DNA of 64,000 nucleotides from Octopus sinensis (GCF_006345805.1 NC_043002.1:73346001-73410000), one strand, 5' to 3'; positions 39,860 to 54,283 are shown, counted from the stretch's first letter. Notes: generated by a model from the sequence alone, not told the origin. Numbers and translations: made by a program.

Positions 39860-40182
39860 TTTAGTATAATGAAACAATGCCACGAAGATCAATAAATTAA
39901 AAGATATATCGACAGATGTTTAGATTCAAGTGACAAATGGTAGCAAATAGTTGTGGCTGTTATACTTTTATATTTTACGTGTTCCAATCCAAAGTCTTTG
40001 GCCATGCTAGAGCACTGACATTATTCTTTTTGTTTTTGTTATTAAGTTTAAATGCTCATCGGTATTATGAAAGTAAACAGATGTATATACATCGGCAGAG
40101 GGGAAAGTGGATATGATAGTTAATTAGACAAACAAAATGACAGACAGATAGACTAGAATAGAATAGATAAGAATAGAATAGA

Positions 40183-40266
<84 letters not shown>

Positions 40267-41453
40267 GCACCTTGGGTCTTCTACTATAGCCCCAGGGTGA
40301 CCAAAGCCTTATTAGTGAATTTGGTAGACGGAAACTGTGTAGAAGTCTTTCGGGTATATCGAGTGTATCTGCGTGTGTCTTTGAGTTTGTCCCCTTCCAC
40401 AATCGCTTGACAACCGAGGTACGTTAGTTTACATCTCCTTAATTTAATTGTTCTGCAAAAGAGACCGTTATGATAACCACCACGCTTTAAAAAATAAGTA
40501 CTGGAGTTGATCTGTTCGACTAAAACCCCTCAAAGCGGAGCTCCAGCATGGCCACAGTCCAATGACTGAAACAGGTAAAAGAAAGATACGCAAGGAAATT
40601 ATTTAAAACAATACTACACGAAATAGGAACAATAATGCACATCATTAGATGTCTTTGTCTTTTTCATACAAAGTAACTCAAACTTTGCCAACTTTTCATG
40701 GTTTCATAGGGATGATGCAAAGTCTAAAAGTAGGAATCGAACTAGAAACCTTACATTTAGTAACTAAACCTTTATGTCAAACATCTAAGCTGTTTCGTGC
40801 TCTACATCCAAAGGAAACATCGTTTTAGTTTGTCAAACTATACTCATTTTATCAATTTAAGGCGGCAAGCTGGCAGAAACGTTAGCGAGCCGGGCGAAAT
40901 GCTTATCTGTTACGTTCTGAGTTCAAATTCCGCCTTTCATCCTTTCGGGGTCGATAAATAAAGTACCAGTTACGCACTGGGATCGATGTAATCGACTTAA
41001 TCCCTTTGTCTGTCTTTGTTTGTCCCCCCTGTGTTTAGCCCCTCGTGGGCTATAAAGAAATATATACTCATTTTATCAATTTCTTGTCAGATGTTCAAAA
41101 ACAAATGTACGCTAGACATTTTTTTTACAATAAAATTTTCATTATGTTTTTGGTTTTGTTTTTACCCAAGTTTCACTACAATTGCCTTTTCCCCTTTTTA
41201 TCTAAGTTTCATCGCAACAGTTTTCTGTAATTTCGTTTATCACATATTTTATTATTGTCTTTGAAACGTTAAAATAAATAAATTTCTCTATAGCTGTACT
41301 TCATACTTCACAGTATGACACTCAGACATGGAAGGACAACATGCTGCACGAATTGTCTCGCGAGAAGAATATCTTGTAGACAATGTGGATATAAGCACAC
41401 TATTAGGCCATGAATGACGTCACACCAGTAGGGCTTGAATAACGTCAGCGGAC

Positions 41454-41498
41454 CGTAGGACACAAGAGTTTCTGCATTGTTACGCTTCATCAGCTACG
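41454..41498 (-). ncRNA. Type-I hammerhead ribozyme motif
   Basis: CGTAG CTGATGA A GCGT aaca ATGC A GAAAC tcttgt GTC CTACG. 5-bp stem I, canonical core, GUC. Confidence 0.6.
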
Positions 41499-42822
41499 TT
41501 TACCGAACTGTCATTCGTGGCTGCTAAGAGCTGGTCGTTCTTAGGACAGCAAACAGTACTTTTGTCAAGCTGAATAAATTAATCGGATGTGCATTAAACA
41601 GCATTGAATGAAATGTAGATATGCAGTCATATTTTACATGTTCGTGTACATTCGAACATGAAAGGACAATACGCTGCACGAGTTACGTCGAGAAAAGAAA
41701 TTTCTATTTAATTCCAAACTAGTAAAAGAACTTTTCCATACAGCTTTATATCATATTCTTAGTAAATAATTCACAATTTAATCATTTTTACGTGGGAATA
41801 CATACAAGAAGTATTCACTACATATTCTATAGACATACCTTATTATATTGGACTTAAGATTGTAAAACAATGTGCAAAACATATGTTCTTACAATAACTG
41901 ATTCCCTCGCCAACGGTGTAAACTATAGAAATCGTGTATCAGCTGGATGGATAATTTTGATTCAACATTAACAGAAAAACCATTTATTGTATTTTAAGAG
42001 CATAAAGAGTTGCTCGTAGAGAAACGAAAAGCCATGTATATTATTAAAAATAATGTATGTTTCGAAGGAATGAAGACATTAAAATGAATAAAAGGACATT
42101 CATAAATACTATAATACAAACTGATAAACAGATCGGGCGTAGGAGTAGCTGTGTGGTAAGTAGCTTGCTTACCAACCACATTGCTCCGGGTTCAGTCCCA
42201 CTACGTGGCACCTTGGGCAAGTGTCTTCTACTATAGCCTCGGGCCGACCAAATCCTTGTGAGTGAAGTCCCAACATGGCCACAGTCAAATGACTGAAACA
42301 AGTAAAAGAGTAAAAGAGATCATGAAGAACCACCCACATTTCCGAAAACATGTGCGCGTATATGTATAATGTGCCTATGTGTATGTATAGATGTGTGACG
42401 GTAATGTGTCGGATAGGTGAGAGAGGCTCTGTGTGCATGTGGGTAGGTGTACGTGCGCCTGTGACATATACATATACACACAACTATGTGTGTATACATA
42501 CATATACACACATATACATACACGCATACATACCTATATATGTGTGTGTGCGCGTGTGTGTGTATATTGAATAAATTATATATGTATGTATGCATATACT
42601 CTTTTACTCTTTTACTTGTTTCAGTCATTTGACTGCGGCCATGCTGGAGCACCGCCTTTAGTCGAGCAACTCGACCCCGGGACTTATTCTTTGTAAGCCC
42701 AGTACTTATTCTATCGGTCTCTTTTGCCGAACCGCTAAGTGACGGGGACGTAAACACACCAGCATCGGTTGTCAAGCAATGCTAGGGGGACAAACACAGA
42801 CACACAACACACACACACACAC

Positions 42823-42894
<72 letters not shown>

Positions 42895-43199
42895 ATATAT
42901 ACGACAGGCTTCTTTCAGTTTCCGTCTACCAAATTCACTCACAAGGCATTATATTATAATGAAGGAAAGTGCTAATTAGTTTGTTTGGTAAATGCAGCTT
43001 TTACTTAGAGAAAGTAATTACTAAAGTTTACACTATCTAGAAACTTTTAGAAATTCCAAATCGTGAAGTAATTAGTTCGATTCTCGGACTGGGCTATGTG
43101 TTGTGTTCTTGAGCAAGACACTTTATTTCACGTTGCTCCAGTTCACTCAGCTGTAGAAATGAGTTGCGATGTCACTGGTACCTAGTACATAGGACAAAA

Positions 43200-44560
43200 C
43201 TGACAACATTGATTTGATATTTGACTGTGTTGTTAACAACAAATATAGACCTTACATGTCCCAAAACGAAGAGGCAAACCTATGTAGGCTCTATAAGCAT
43301 TATGCTACACGGAGTGGTCAACTTTACTAGTGCCACTGAGCAGAGAGAGAGAGAATAAGAAATTCTAAAAATGAATGCAGAGAAGTCTTGGCCATTCGCA
43401 ATCCGGATGAACAGAAGAGTATTATTTCAAGTATCCACATGGGCTGTGGAGACAGTGGTACTGTCCGCCGCTTGTGAAGTCATCTTGGTGTCGACAGAAC
43501 AAGGGGTAAACTTTTAGAGAGGTTTTGTTGGAAAAGTGTGAGAAAAGACACAAAAGAGTTCGTTTTGTCTTGTGATCGGTGTCAAAAATGAATCATGTTC
43601 ACAAAATTAATGTTGGAGAGCTTCATCCCATTCCTGTGCCAAATGAAGCGATGGCTCAAATTGGTGTCGATATCACCAAATTGCCGAAAACAGATAATGG
43701 TTATTGTTACATTGTTGTTGCAATGGATCACCTTACCAAATGGCATGAGGCTCGACCTTTGAAAGATCACACAGCGGAATGTGTGGGAAAGTTTCCATTT
43801 GACGATGTTATTTGTCGGCATGGCTGTAAAAAAAATCCAGATAAATAACCAAGGAAGAGAATTCCTAAACAGAGTGTCTACAGAACTAAATACTCTGACA
43901 GGAACACGAACACAGCAGAACATAACAAGTGCTTATCATCCTCAAGCAAATGGTCTCATGGAGCAACAGAACTGGACTATAAAAGATGATTTCATCAAAT
44001 CCTTTGAGGAGCGTGGCAACTGGGATGAATACGTGTCGAACAGCCAAAAATTCTTCAACATATTTTATCCCGTTTCAAATTTTATACAACAAGCAAGCTA
44101 CACTTCCAGTTGAACTACAACACATCCCAACTGCCAAAAATCGCGACAATTTTGGAAATGATCAAGCTGTATCCAGAAAAATTGATGTTATGACAGCTAT
44201 CCGGGATAGTATGATTTCTCGAGTTGTCTCCAATATTAGAATAGCTGAGCCCATTCAAAAAGAACAATGCGATAGAAAATACGAGCAACAGCAGATCAGT
44301 ATTGGAAATAAAGTTCTGCTCAAAAACCTAATTCGAGAGGACAGAAAAGAAGGACATTTTATGGAACGCCGCACAGGTCCTTACACTGTTGCAGAAGTTT
44401 GATGGCAAAAATACCCATCGACTTTCAAATAACAATAAAGTGCTAGAAACAAAGTAAGTGCAACCAACCTCACTCGATATATTGAGCAGCCACCAACAAG
44501 TAAAAAACGAAAAACAAATTACGAAAATCAAGATACCCAAGCTCCAAGCTAAAAAAAATA
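43200..44560 (+). mobile_element. Ginger/GIN-like (Gypsy-type) integrase pseudogene
   Basis: HLGVDRT...CDRC zinc finger, IGVD...DHLTKW, QGREF, TSAYHPQANGLME and TGPY motifs; frameshifted. No RT/RNase H is seen upstream. Confidence 0.75.
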
Positions 44561-45559
44561 CTGTAGTAATGTTTTAATGTATATAAATACATTTTGTTAC
44601 CAATTTAAAGTGTAGAAATAAATTTTGGTTTCAATGTAAAGCACATATCGTTCCTCAAATCAATCTCTTATCGTTACATTCTGTCAACTCAACTCAGTCC
44701 ACTATAAACAACATATCTGCTACATATCTGTAGAAAAATGTAAAAAAAAAATTGCATACACAGAATCTCTGATATTCGACATGTTTTTTCAGGGCATCAT
44801 AAAATGCAGATAAAAATCAAATAGTTTTGTCTTATTTACGTATTGTAAGATTAGTTTACAATTTTGAATGTAAACCGTGTTTAATATTATAAAAAATATC
44901 AGTTCTATTATTTTAGCAAAATCATTAAGGAGGTAATGTGAACAGCGCGGGGATAATTTGAAATCGGGTTCAGCCCCCACTTCCGGTAATCAGATTACCG
45001 GGATGGAGCATGAAATGTGGGGGTTACTTGAAATCTTAACACCGGTCGAACTTTTTTGTTGACATCGTCATAAGTCAAGCGTTTATTTGTTTTGTTGTTT
45101 GTGTGTTTATTTTAACACACTATTGCTATGTGAGAGCAACGCAGACCCCCAAATCCATATTCATTTCTTTGTAAGGGTACTGTGAAGGGCTGGAAAGGTC
45201 GAATATGGATTTATGAACAAACTACAAAAGACTGATACGAAAATATGAAAAAAATCACTAATAAATATCACGTGTTTTCGTGTCATTAACAAAACACATA
45301 TAAAAGAAGTGCCATTCTCGACATACGTACATGCATGCATACATACATATATACATATATACATACATACACACATACATACATATATATACACACACGG
45401 ATATATATATAGGAAAAAACGACCATAGGTAAGGAGTTGGTGACAGAGTGTCTCCTTTAAACGCCGCACGGTTGCCTCACTAAAAGAATAAGCCAAAATT
45501 ACATGGTATAAAGAATAAGTGCCAAAAGGAATTATGAGGACGAAAACCGTTCTACTGTT

Positions 45560-46514
45560 TGAAAGAGAAGACTTTATTTACAGATGTGTACAATACAATA
45601 AAGTATAGGTGCTAGCAGAGTGGAGTGTCTGGGTGCGTGCACATGTGTGTCTGTGTGTTCGTCGTAAGAGTGAACATAAGTGCGTGCAACAAGTGTTTGT
45701 GTCTGTGTGTTTGTGTGTGCGACAGAAGTACAAGCAAGGTGTATGCAGGCAAAGCAAAATACAATGCAGAGCATAGGAAAGAGTCTCTCAGAGTGTTTTA
45801 GACAAGATGGAGTTAATTTACCAGTTCGTAATAAGGTTACACAATAGTAATAGTTCTGTAACAGGATGTTGGGGTCACAAGTGCAGAATACCGGTTGAAC
45901 ACATGTCTTGTAGCGGTTGGGGCTTCAATGCTGTGCCAGGTCTCTTGATACAAGAATTCTTGCAGGTAGTGCTGAAACTGTTAACCTCGGTGAAAATCAC
46001 AACAGCGAGAAAGCTAAACCTGAGCGAGTGCTGTGAACGTATTGGTGTTGCTGGAGATGAAGACGACGTGAAGTTGAAGGACGACGATGGTGTTGGTGAC
46101 GGCAGAGAAAGACGTCGTCGAGATGAAGGCGACGGAGGTGGAGAACGTTCTGTGTTACTGGTGTATGTTAGGAACGTTGGTCGCTTTATGGTCAGAGGTT
46201 AGTCCTGAGAAGGACTGGCACCTAAGACTGGTGTTGCTGGAACATGGTTGAGTCGCTCTGTGGTCAGAGGTTAGTCCTGAAAAGGACTGGAACCTAAGAC
46301 GAGATATCGTGAATTCTGGGGCCTTTTTATAACCTGAGGTGGGTTTCAGTGAAACCCCCAAAAGACTGTGTCATGGGACCTTATCCGAAGGCCGTGATTG
46401 GTTGGCTTACACACTGGCGCGAAATAAGTCAAGAGACAAACTGCGCCACTGTCAAACAGTCAGGGCAGTGGACACACCAGGGTCAAAATAGCCGAAGATG
46501 GTTGTTATATAACA
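45560..46514 (-). mobile_element. LTR-like unclassified repeat
   Basis: Minus strand begins TGTTATATAACA and has CCAAT (~46395) and TATAAAAA (~46325-46332). Internal ~39-bp duplication at 46191/46262. TSD not found. Confidence 0.35.
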
Positions 46515-46589
46515 CGAGATCATTTCTAATATATCTCTCAAATAGTGAGGATATCAGATACGCTACATATAATATATATATAATACTAT

Positions 46590-46945
46590 GCTACAGAACC
46601 GTTTCGGTCGATTTTACCAATTGGTATCATGAACGAAAGTTTCACCATTTATCAAAAAATATGATTGGAAAAGTATGCCGCGGGCTCTTTACCACTGGAG
46701 GTTAGAAAGTATCACATCCGCTGTTTCAATAGTTTCTTCTGTGTTTTCATTCACATTTTTATTATTAATTTTCGTTTTCGTGCCGGTTTTGCACGACACC
46801 TAGAAAGCGGATGTGATACTTTCTGACCTCCAGGAGCAAAAAGCCCACTCTATATATTTTTTTTCTGATGAATACCGAGTCTCCAAATGTCTAATGTAAG
46901 AAACCTGTTGGTAAAATCGGTTGAAATTGGTTTATGATATTGTAT
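46590..46945. mobile_element. Foldback-type MITE
   Basis: 46683-46727 is inverted relative to 46801-46846, and 46596-46625 relative to 46905-46935. Confidence 0.6.
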
Positions 46946-47741
46946 TGAATAGATAATTGATACACCTATTCTATTGACAAATACACGAGTGTCTGTTTTT
47001 CTGTTTGATGGATTATTAAATGATTTTATGCATAAAAATATATAAATGCATGCAGACACACACTTATTTATCCATTATCTATCTATCTGTGTCTACACGC
47101 GTGCATGCGCGCACGCATATATTTATATATATATATAACTCAAGGATGTTAAAATTGTTACTAAAGGTACTTGTACCAATGTCAGTTGAGTTGACATTTT
47201 CTCTCGAGTAAATGTTTGTGTATTGCAACCAGTATTTCTAGCTTTCTACGTGTAGTTATGTAAGTAGTAATATTATAACCAAATATATCTGTAAGACAAA
47301 TTTTATTTGTAATTTAATTTCTTATTCATAACCAGATGCTCAAACACAAGCAACAGCGTTTTCTAGTCTTCGACAACTAAAGGAAATTTCGGACGTTGTT
47401 AACGAAGGTAAAAAATTCTTGCAAAATACAAAATCCAAAGATGCTCTGAAAACGAATGTTCCTTTCAAGAGTGCTCTAGCTTTAACCTGACCAAAGTAAT
47501 CTGACCAAAGAAATATTTAAACACATGGATCGCAATTTACAGGTAAACAATTTGTTGCACATTCATTAAGGTAAGACATCAGGTAATGAAACTTAGATTT
47601 AATTATTTCTTAAAATATATTTTATTTAACATAGATAATACTAATGGTAACTTGGAGTCTCATGATTTTATAAAACCTAAAGGATTCTGATTTCCGACGC
47701 CATGCATTTATCACCAAAACGTCGGCAACTGCGATAAAGGT

Positions 47742-47790
47742 TATGTTTCGTTGATGAGGTCACAATAAAGTCGAAATATGTCCAAACATA
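47742..47790 (+). ncRNA. Degenerate hammerhead motif in the pseudogene intron
   Basis: TATGTTTCG TTGATGA GGTC...GTC GAAA TATGTC CAAACATA. Stem I is recognisable, but C3 and stem II are mutated. Confidence 0.4.
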
Positions 47791-48087
47791 TTATTTTATA
47801 TATTTTACTTTTTCTCTATGTATCTACTTCTAGTTAACTTTTCAACGTTATATGCAGTAAAATAATTAGTACTACAATATATTTATGGGGCCACCTTACC
47901 ATATCCATAGGTTATTTTTTTTATTCGTTTCAGTCATCGACCCCAGGACTTATTCTTTGTAAGCCTAGTACTTATTCTATCGTTACCTCTTTTGTCGAAC
48001 CGCTAAGTTACGGGGACGTAAGCACACCAGCATCGGTTGTCAAGCGATGCTGGAGGGACAAATACAGACACAAACACACACACACAC

Positions 48088-48676
48088 TTGATGAAACCTT
48101 CATCACACATCAGAAAAGAAAAGAGAAGCTTGCCTTTGAGTCATTCAAGAAAGTTTGCGATAAATTCCTGGGCAATCATCGTATGTGCAAGTTGTGAATG
48201 ATCTGCTGAGTCATTATCATGATATGGGATGTAACATGTCTTTAAAAGTTCACGTGCTTCACTCTCATTTGGATTTTTTTGCAGGAAATCTTGGTGATGT
48301 GAGTGATAAACATGGCGAAAGATTCCATCAGGATATTTCAGTGATGGAGCGATGATTCAAAGGAAAATGGAACCCTGGCATGTTGGCAGACTACTGCTGG
48401 GGTATAAAAAAAGATCATACTCTGCACAAGAGGTTTAGAAGGACAAAAGTTGTTTAAACTGACAGGTGTGTTTTTAATTCATAACCAATATATGTTTTGT
48501 TATACCAACTAAATTTCTGTTTTGTTTTTTGTAAGTTTCAGTATTTGCAATGTTGTGTTCAATACGCAATATTATGCAGTATATTATAAAACATATGGTT
48601 CAAGGTACAGGAAAACGGTGCCTAATCTGGAGAAATAAAGGTCAGAATCAGAATCAGGACAATTTTTGGCACAGTG
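48088..48676 (+). mobile_element. Chapaev3-like DNA transposon 3' fragment
   Basis: GCNMSLKVHVLHSHLDFF...HGERFHQDI...MLADYCW; terminus ...ggcacagtg. Family name is from memory. Confidence 0.65.
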
Positions 48677-50116
48677 TATCCAGTACTGCTACCGTAGTCT
48701 CCTTTAGAGAGACTTAGAAATATCAATATTTCTAGATTTAAAAAATATCTAATGAAAACTTAAGATTTAACTTAAGAACAACGAGAGAGGCACTAGGTGG
48801 CCTTCCAAACGGCTAAAATTAGCAACCAAATGTCTCTGGCATAAATTCATACCGTCTTTAAAATGAAAGGTTATTTGTTATGTTCCAGTACAGTGCTGGA
48901 TTACTGTGGCTAAAAATTAAGATGCGACATTATCGCTAGAACGTCCCTAATCAAAGGGTTGTTCTACAAGGGTTGATATAGGGATCAGCCCTCGTCTTTT
49001 ACCTTTTACTTATTTCAGTCATTTGACTGTAGTCATGCTGGGACACCATCTTGAAGAGGTTTTAGTTGAACGAATCGACCCCAGGACTTATTTTATCGGT
49101 CTGTTTTGCCGAACCGCTAAGTTACGGAGACGTAAACACAACATCAAGCGGTTGTCAAGCGGTGGTGGGAGAAAACAAAGACACAAACACACATATATAT
49201 ATACGATTTCGGTTTCCGTCTATCAAATCCATTCATAAGTCATTGGTCGGTCCGAGGCTATAGTAGAAGACACTTGTCCAAGGTGCCACGCAATGGAACT
49301 GAACCCGGAACCATGTGAGTGAGAAGCAAGCTTCTTACCACACAGCCACGCCTACTCCTATGATAATATATCCTAGGATATATATATTTTTTTAGTTTAG
49401 CCCCAAGATCAGCAATTCTGAGTAAAAAAGATAGTCGACTGCAACGACACAGTACTTGACTGGTACTTTTTACTGACCCCCAAAAGCATTAAAGATAAAA
49501 TTGACTTTGACTGCATTTGAATTCAAAACACAAAAAGCCAGAAGATATACCACAAAGCATTTTTGTCCAACGCTCTGACGATTCTGTGAACCAACAGTCC
49601 CTGACACTGTATAACAATAACATCAAAATTAGTAAATGTAACTGAGAATATGAATTGTGATTGATTCTAAACTTACCTGTCATATGACATGGTAAATTTA
49701 CCCACATTTCTTTTATGATTCAAATTTCTGTAAAATCCGACAGAGTCTGATTTCACCGTCCCCATAAAATACCTAGCATGGAAAGGTAATGTCCATTCAA
49801 CCCTGATTTGATCATCAAAGTTTGTATTACAATGATTATTCCTTTTTATCTCATTCTAGTTGTACCGAATCAAACTGTCTGCGTTCAGATACACTAAACG
49901 TATACTATTTATGGAAGATACATGCTCTGGCATACATGGAACTTTCAATGTGCATGAATTCATTCCAAATGAGGGCGCCATGAAAAAAATGGATTCCACA
50001 CTTAGGGATAGCTTTCTTCAATCTGCTTTAGATTTTGTTCTTAATTATTAATAAATATATTAACATCAGATAGCAAAATGTTGTTTACTGCTATTGTTAT
50101 TGTTGTTGTCATTATT

Positions 50117-50186
<70 letters not shown>

Positions 50187-50294
50187 CATCATCATCATCA
50201 TCATCATCATCATCGTCATCATCATCTTTGCACAGCTTCTAATGCTGGTGATGTACTAGGGCGTCAGCTGTTAACTGCCAGTGAACTAAGGTAA

Positions 50295-51396
50295 AACCTC
50301 TTATTTTTCGAGCACCATCCAGAGTATTCGACTGGTTCCAAGCAGTGCTGTTTTCTGCAAGTGCTCCATCTTTATTGCAGCCCCTATTTGTTCCATGTAT
50401 TTCTCAAGATTTTTACTTACTGTTCCCAGGGCTACTACCACCTTTTTCAACGACCACCACTGCTTAACCACCCAAGATAACCTGTCATACCTATCAACTT
50501 TTCTTTCTTCCTTATCGCATACCTTGTTGTCATCTGGGCATGCTATATCTATGATCCAGTATCGTTTGCTTTCTTTCACAATTAACACTATGTATTGTTT
50601 CCTATTCTCTATCCCATGGTCGCACTGAATCATAAAATTCCATAGGATCTTTGCATCATCATCTTAGATGATGCCTTCGGGTTTATGCTCGTACCACTTT
50701 TTTGCTCTGACAAGTCCATACTTGTTGCAAAGTGTCCAATGCTATGTTGTCATAACGTCTCTTATATTATTTCTGGGCTAGTGGCGTACATTGACTGGTA
50801 ATATGCCATAGGGTTTCATCATTTTGTCCACAAACTCTGCACATATCACTTTCTGATGTGTTGTTTATCCTGTTCATGATGTAATTCGTTCTTAATGCTT
50901 GCTCTCGGGTTTTAAATCACGTTTAGTGATCCATAACTATCTTTTTTCTCTGCCTGTCTTATCTTCAACATCCCTATGAAATTGCCAATGCATTCTTTTC
51001 ATTATCCACCTATTTTCAGCTTCATTCATTCTCAAATGCTTGTACAGTGCTTTATCTTTGCAATTTTCCATCCTATACAAACCTGACCTTCTTTAAATAA
51101 TAGTATCTTATATCCAGTCAGCAACTTATTTGTCTTTCTAACTAACCTGTTTAGTTTGTCTACTGTCGATGCGATTACCCCTAAAGAGTGAAACCGCCCA
51201 AGTGTTGATAGCTTCAATCTTATTCTGTCCGTTTAATTTCGACTTAAGGATTAGTCTGTCTGCGCAGGTACTCCACCTTAATTTTTTTTATCATTTCTTT
51301 CTCCTTCAATTTATCCATTTCCATTATCTCTTCTATTTGCTTCATAACCTCCCCCGACAGTATCGCTAGCCCGTCCATACATTTAATTTTACCTCT

Positions 51397-51474
<78 letters not shown>

Positions 51475-51710
51475 GTTGTTGTTGTTGTTGTTATTATTAT
51501 TATTATTATTATTGCGGTTCTGTTTCACTTTTTACATACCATACTAAGTTGTTTTCTTCTGCTCTAATGCTGTGTTCGCATCCAGTCAGCCCTCTTCTCT
51601 CTCCTTTTATTGGTACATACAGTCTGTCTGTATCACTTTTTGGATGCAGTATCCCATGTCTAGTCAGTATCTTCCTTGTCTTTCTCTCTAAGCAGTTTAG
51701 TTCGAGTGAG
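50295..51710 (-). mobile_element. R4/Dong-like LINE 3' fragments
   Basis: IQCDH...WIIDIACP...KVDRY (restriction-like endonuclease), CRVCGQNDETLWHI zinc knuckle and LHPKSDTDRLY; split by (TAA)n. Confidence 0.8.
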
Positions 51711-52086
51711 TAATTAATACTCATTAAATTTTATTTGTATTTTCCGAATGAAACAATATATTTTAACTGTGTGTCACTTGCGTCACTCGCACAACGCGTG
51801 TAAACACGCTCGCCACACTGGTAAAGCGCCTGACTACACCCGAATAAGTAATACTTATTAAAAGTGTTGATCTATATCCGAGTAAGTACATATCGGACTA
51901 TATCCGATTAAGTACACATCACAAACACGTAAGTGCGTAAACTAATTAATTACGTATAATCCCCAGTTTTCCATGAACACATTTTTATATTCCTTTCGAA
52001 ATAACGTTAAGTAATGTATAAACAATCGTGCACACACAAATAAGAAAATAGAATAAAAACAAACGACAAAGACTAATCATCATCAT

Positions 52087-52138
<52 letters not shown>

Positions 52139-52279
52139 CCTCCCCACACAGCACTAAACAAATATATACTCCACAGAAAAAAATAGGAGTGGATATTAGT
52201 TTTTTTGTTTGTTTCTTTGTCTCGTTTGACTACATTTATTTGTTTATAATTATAGAAGTGGTGCTCTATCAAATTGCCT

Positions 52280-54205
52280 GAGCTAGTATATAAGACCCTG
52301 AGCCTAGTACTAACACGAAAGTGTTAATGACAATTAGCCAAAACTCATGTCGGATCAGAGGAAATAGTAACAACGACAAACTAGCAACGGCAAATACAGT
52401 TCTTAGTGATAAAAGTAATCTCATAGCAGAAAACAGAGGGAAAGCCTCTAATAAACCACAGGAAAGGAGCGGTAGTAGGTTGCTCAATGTGAGACATACA
52501 GATAGTCTGAAAGAAAACAATAAAACTAATGGTGACATGACAGATGGGCAAAGGCATTCTACGACGAAACAAAGGAAAGGCCACAAGGGGAACGATAACG
52601 ACATTATCTGCAACCTTAAAAAGGTTGATCTGTGGAAAGTGAACCAAGAAACGAAAAATATGAATGAAATTCAGAAAAACATCACAAAAACAAATAATTT
52701 GATCCAGGCAGCAAATATTGTTGCAGCAGAAAATGTGGGTGTTGTCAAGAAAAATAAATATAATGGGAGTGACAAGAGAAAAGATCCATGGTGTAAAAAA
52801 AGAATACAGGCGGGGTTAGATTTGCTCTCGAATGACGTTTCTGTGTTAGACCGAAGAGAGAAGGAGCTTAAAAGCGAACAAAAATACAGGACACTGAACA
52901 GGAATTATGATATTGAAAGAAAGGACCTGAAAGTGGTAATGGAGGAAATGAAACAGCGCCTCGTTGTAAAGGAAGCTAAGATGGTAAGATACAACCAAAG
53001 AATGAAGGGATACCAGCATAATAAGTTATTCAGAGTAGATCAGAAATAAATAAATGGAGAGTGTAAAGATGAAAAGTTGATACCAGATAACATTGAAAGT
53101 TAAAGGTTTTGGAGTGACATCAGGAGCAAAGAAAAGGAGCACAAGAAGGATGCTGAATGGTTGCAAGAACTGAAACTAACAGCACTCTGTCCAAGACAGG
53201 CAGAACTAGTCATTTCAGGGAAGTGAAAGAAATCAGAAGAAAAAATGGGCAACTGCAAGGCCCCGGGACCAGATGGAGTTCAAGGCTACTGGATCAAAAG
53301 AATTGGTGAATGTGATGCACGAATATCTGTACAACTTAACACCTTGTTAAATGCCGACCAAGTAACACCAGAGTGGTTGACAATAGGTGGAACAGTGCTG
53401 TACTTGAAAAACATCTAAAAGGCAATACGGTAGACAATTACAGGCCGATATCCTGCTTGCCACTTATGCGGAAATTATTGACTGGAATAGTAGAAGAGGC
53501 AATATACGGACATCTGGGGGAAAATGGAGTCCTGCAACATGAGCAGAAGGGTTGCAAGTGTAAGTGCAGTAGAACCAAGGATCAACTTCTAGTAGACAAA
53601 ACTGTACTTAGAGACTGCAAGAGGAGGAAAACTATTTTAGCCATTTCATGGATCGATTATTGTAAGGCATACGATATGATCCCACATTCTTGGATTATGG
53701 AATACATGAACCTATTTGGTATTGCTTCGAATATTGAGCGATTGCTTGGAAAAAGTATGGTGAAGTGGCGGACGGAAGTGACAACATATGGAAGAAGTTT
53801 AAGGACAATAGAAATCAGGAGAGGCATCTTCCAAGGGGACCGCATGTTCCCACTGATCTTTGTACTGTGCATGATTCAGAGGAAAACAAGTGCTGGGTAT
53901 GTATTTAAGAGCCGTCAACAAAAAGTCAACCACTTGTTATTCATGGATCACCTCAAACTTTAAGTGTGGTGAGGCAAAATTATATGTATGGACGGGCTTG
54001 CGATGCCATCGGGGTAGTTTATGAAGCAAATAGAAGAGGGGGCTATAAATACTTGGGGATATTGGAAATGGATAAATTGATGGAGAAAGAAATGGCATAG
54101 AGATTTAAGGTGGAGTACTTGCGCAGACTGAGACTGATCCTGAAGTCGAAATTAAACGGACAGAATAAGATTGAAGCTATCAACACTTCGGCGGTTTCAT
54201 TCCTC
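52280..54205 (+). mobile_element. R4/Dong-like LINE ORF with reverse transcriptase (degraded)
   Basis: [33 protein letters not shown] and [10 protein letters not shown] motifs; stops and frameshifts. Confidence 0.85.
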
Positions 54206-54207
54206 GT

Positions 54208-54283
54208 TATTGTTGTTGTTGTTGTCGTTCTTCTTCTTCTTCTTCTTCTTCTTCTTCTTCTTCTTCTTCTTCTTCTTCTTCTT

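Larger units (their letters stand above)
47336..50051 (+). pseudogene. Tandem paralog of the 20358-38068 gene; disrupted, two middle exons missing
   Basis: Exon 47336-47542 reads DAQTQ...NVPFKSALALT* and then, frameshifted, SNLTKEIFKHMDRNLQ|gtaaac. Exon 49860-50051 reads LYRIKLSAF...SALDFVLNY*. Flanking intron motifs are shared (gtaaacaattt; ctagttaactttt; ctagcatggaaa). No homologs of the 34102 or 35305 exons lie between them. Confidence 0.8.

Noticed and set aside
45807-46202. 131-aa ORF
   Set aside because: Lies in an LTR-like, low-complexity repeat with no splice or domain support.
52321-53049. 242-aa ORF as a host gene
   Set aside because: It is the N-terminal part of the degraded R4-like LINE ORF, continuous with the RT at 53373.
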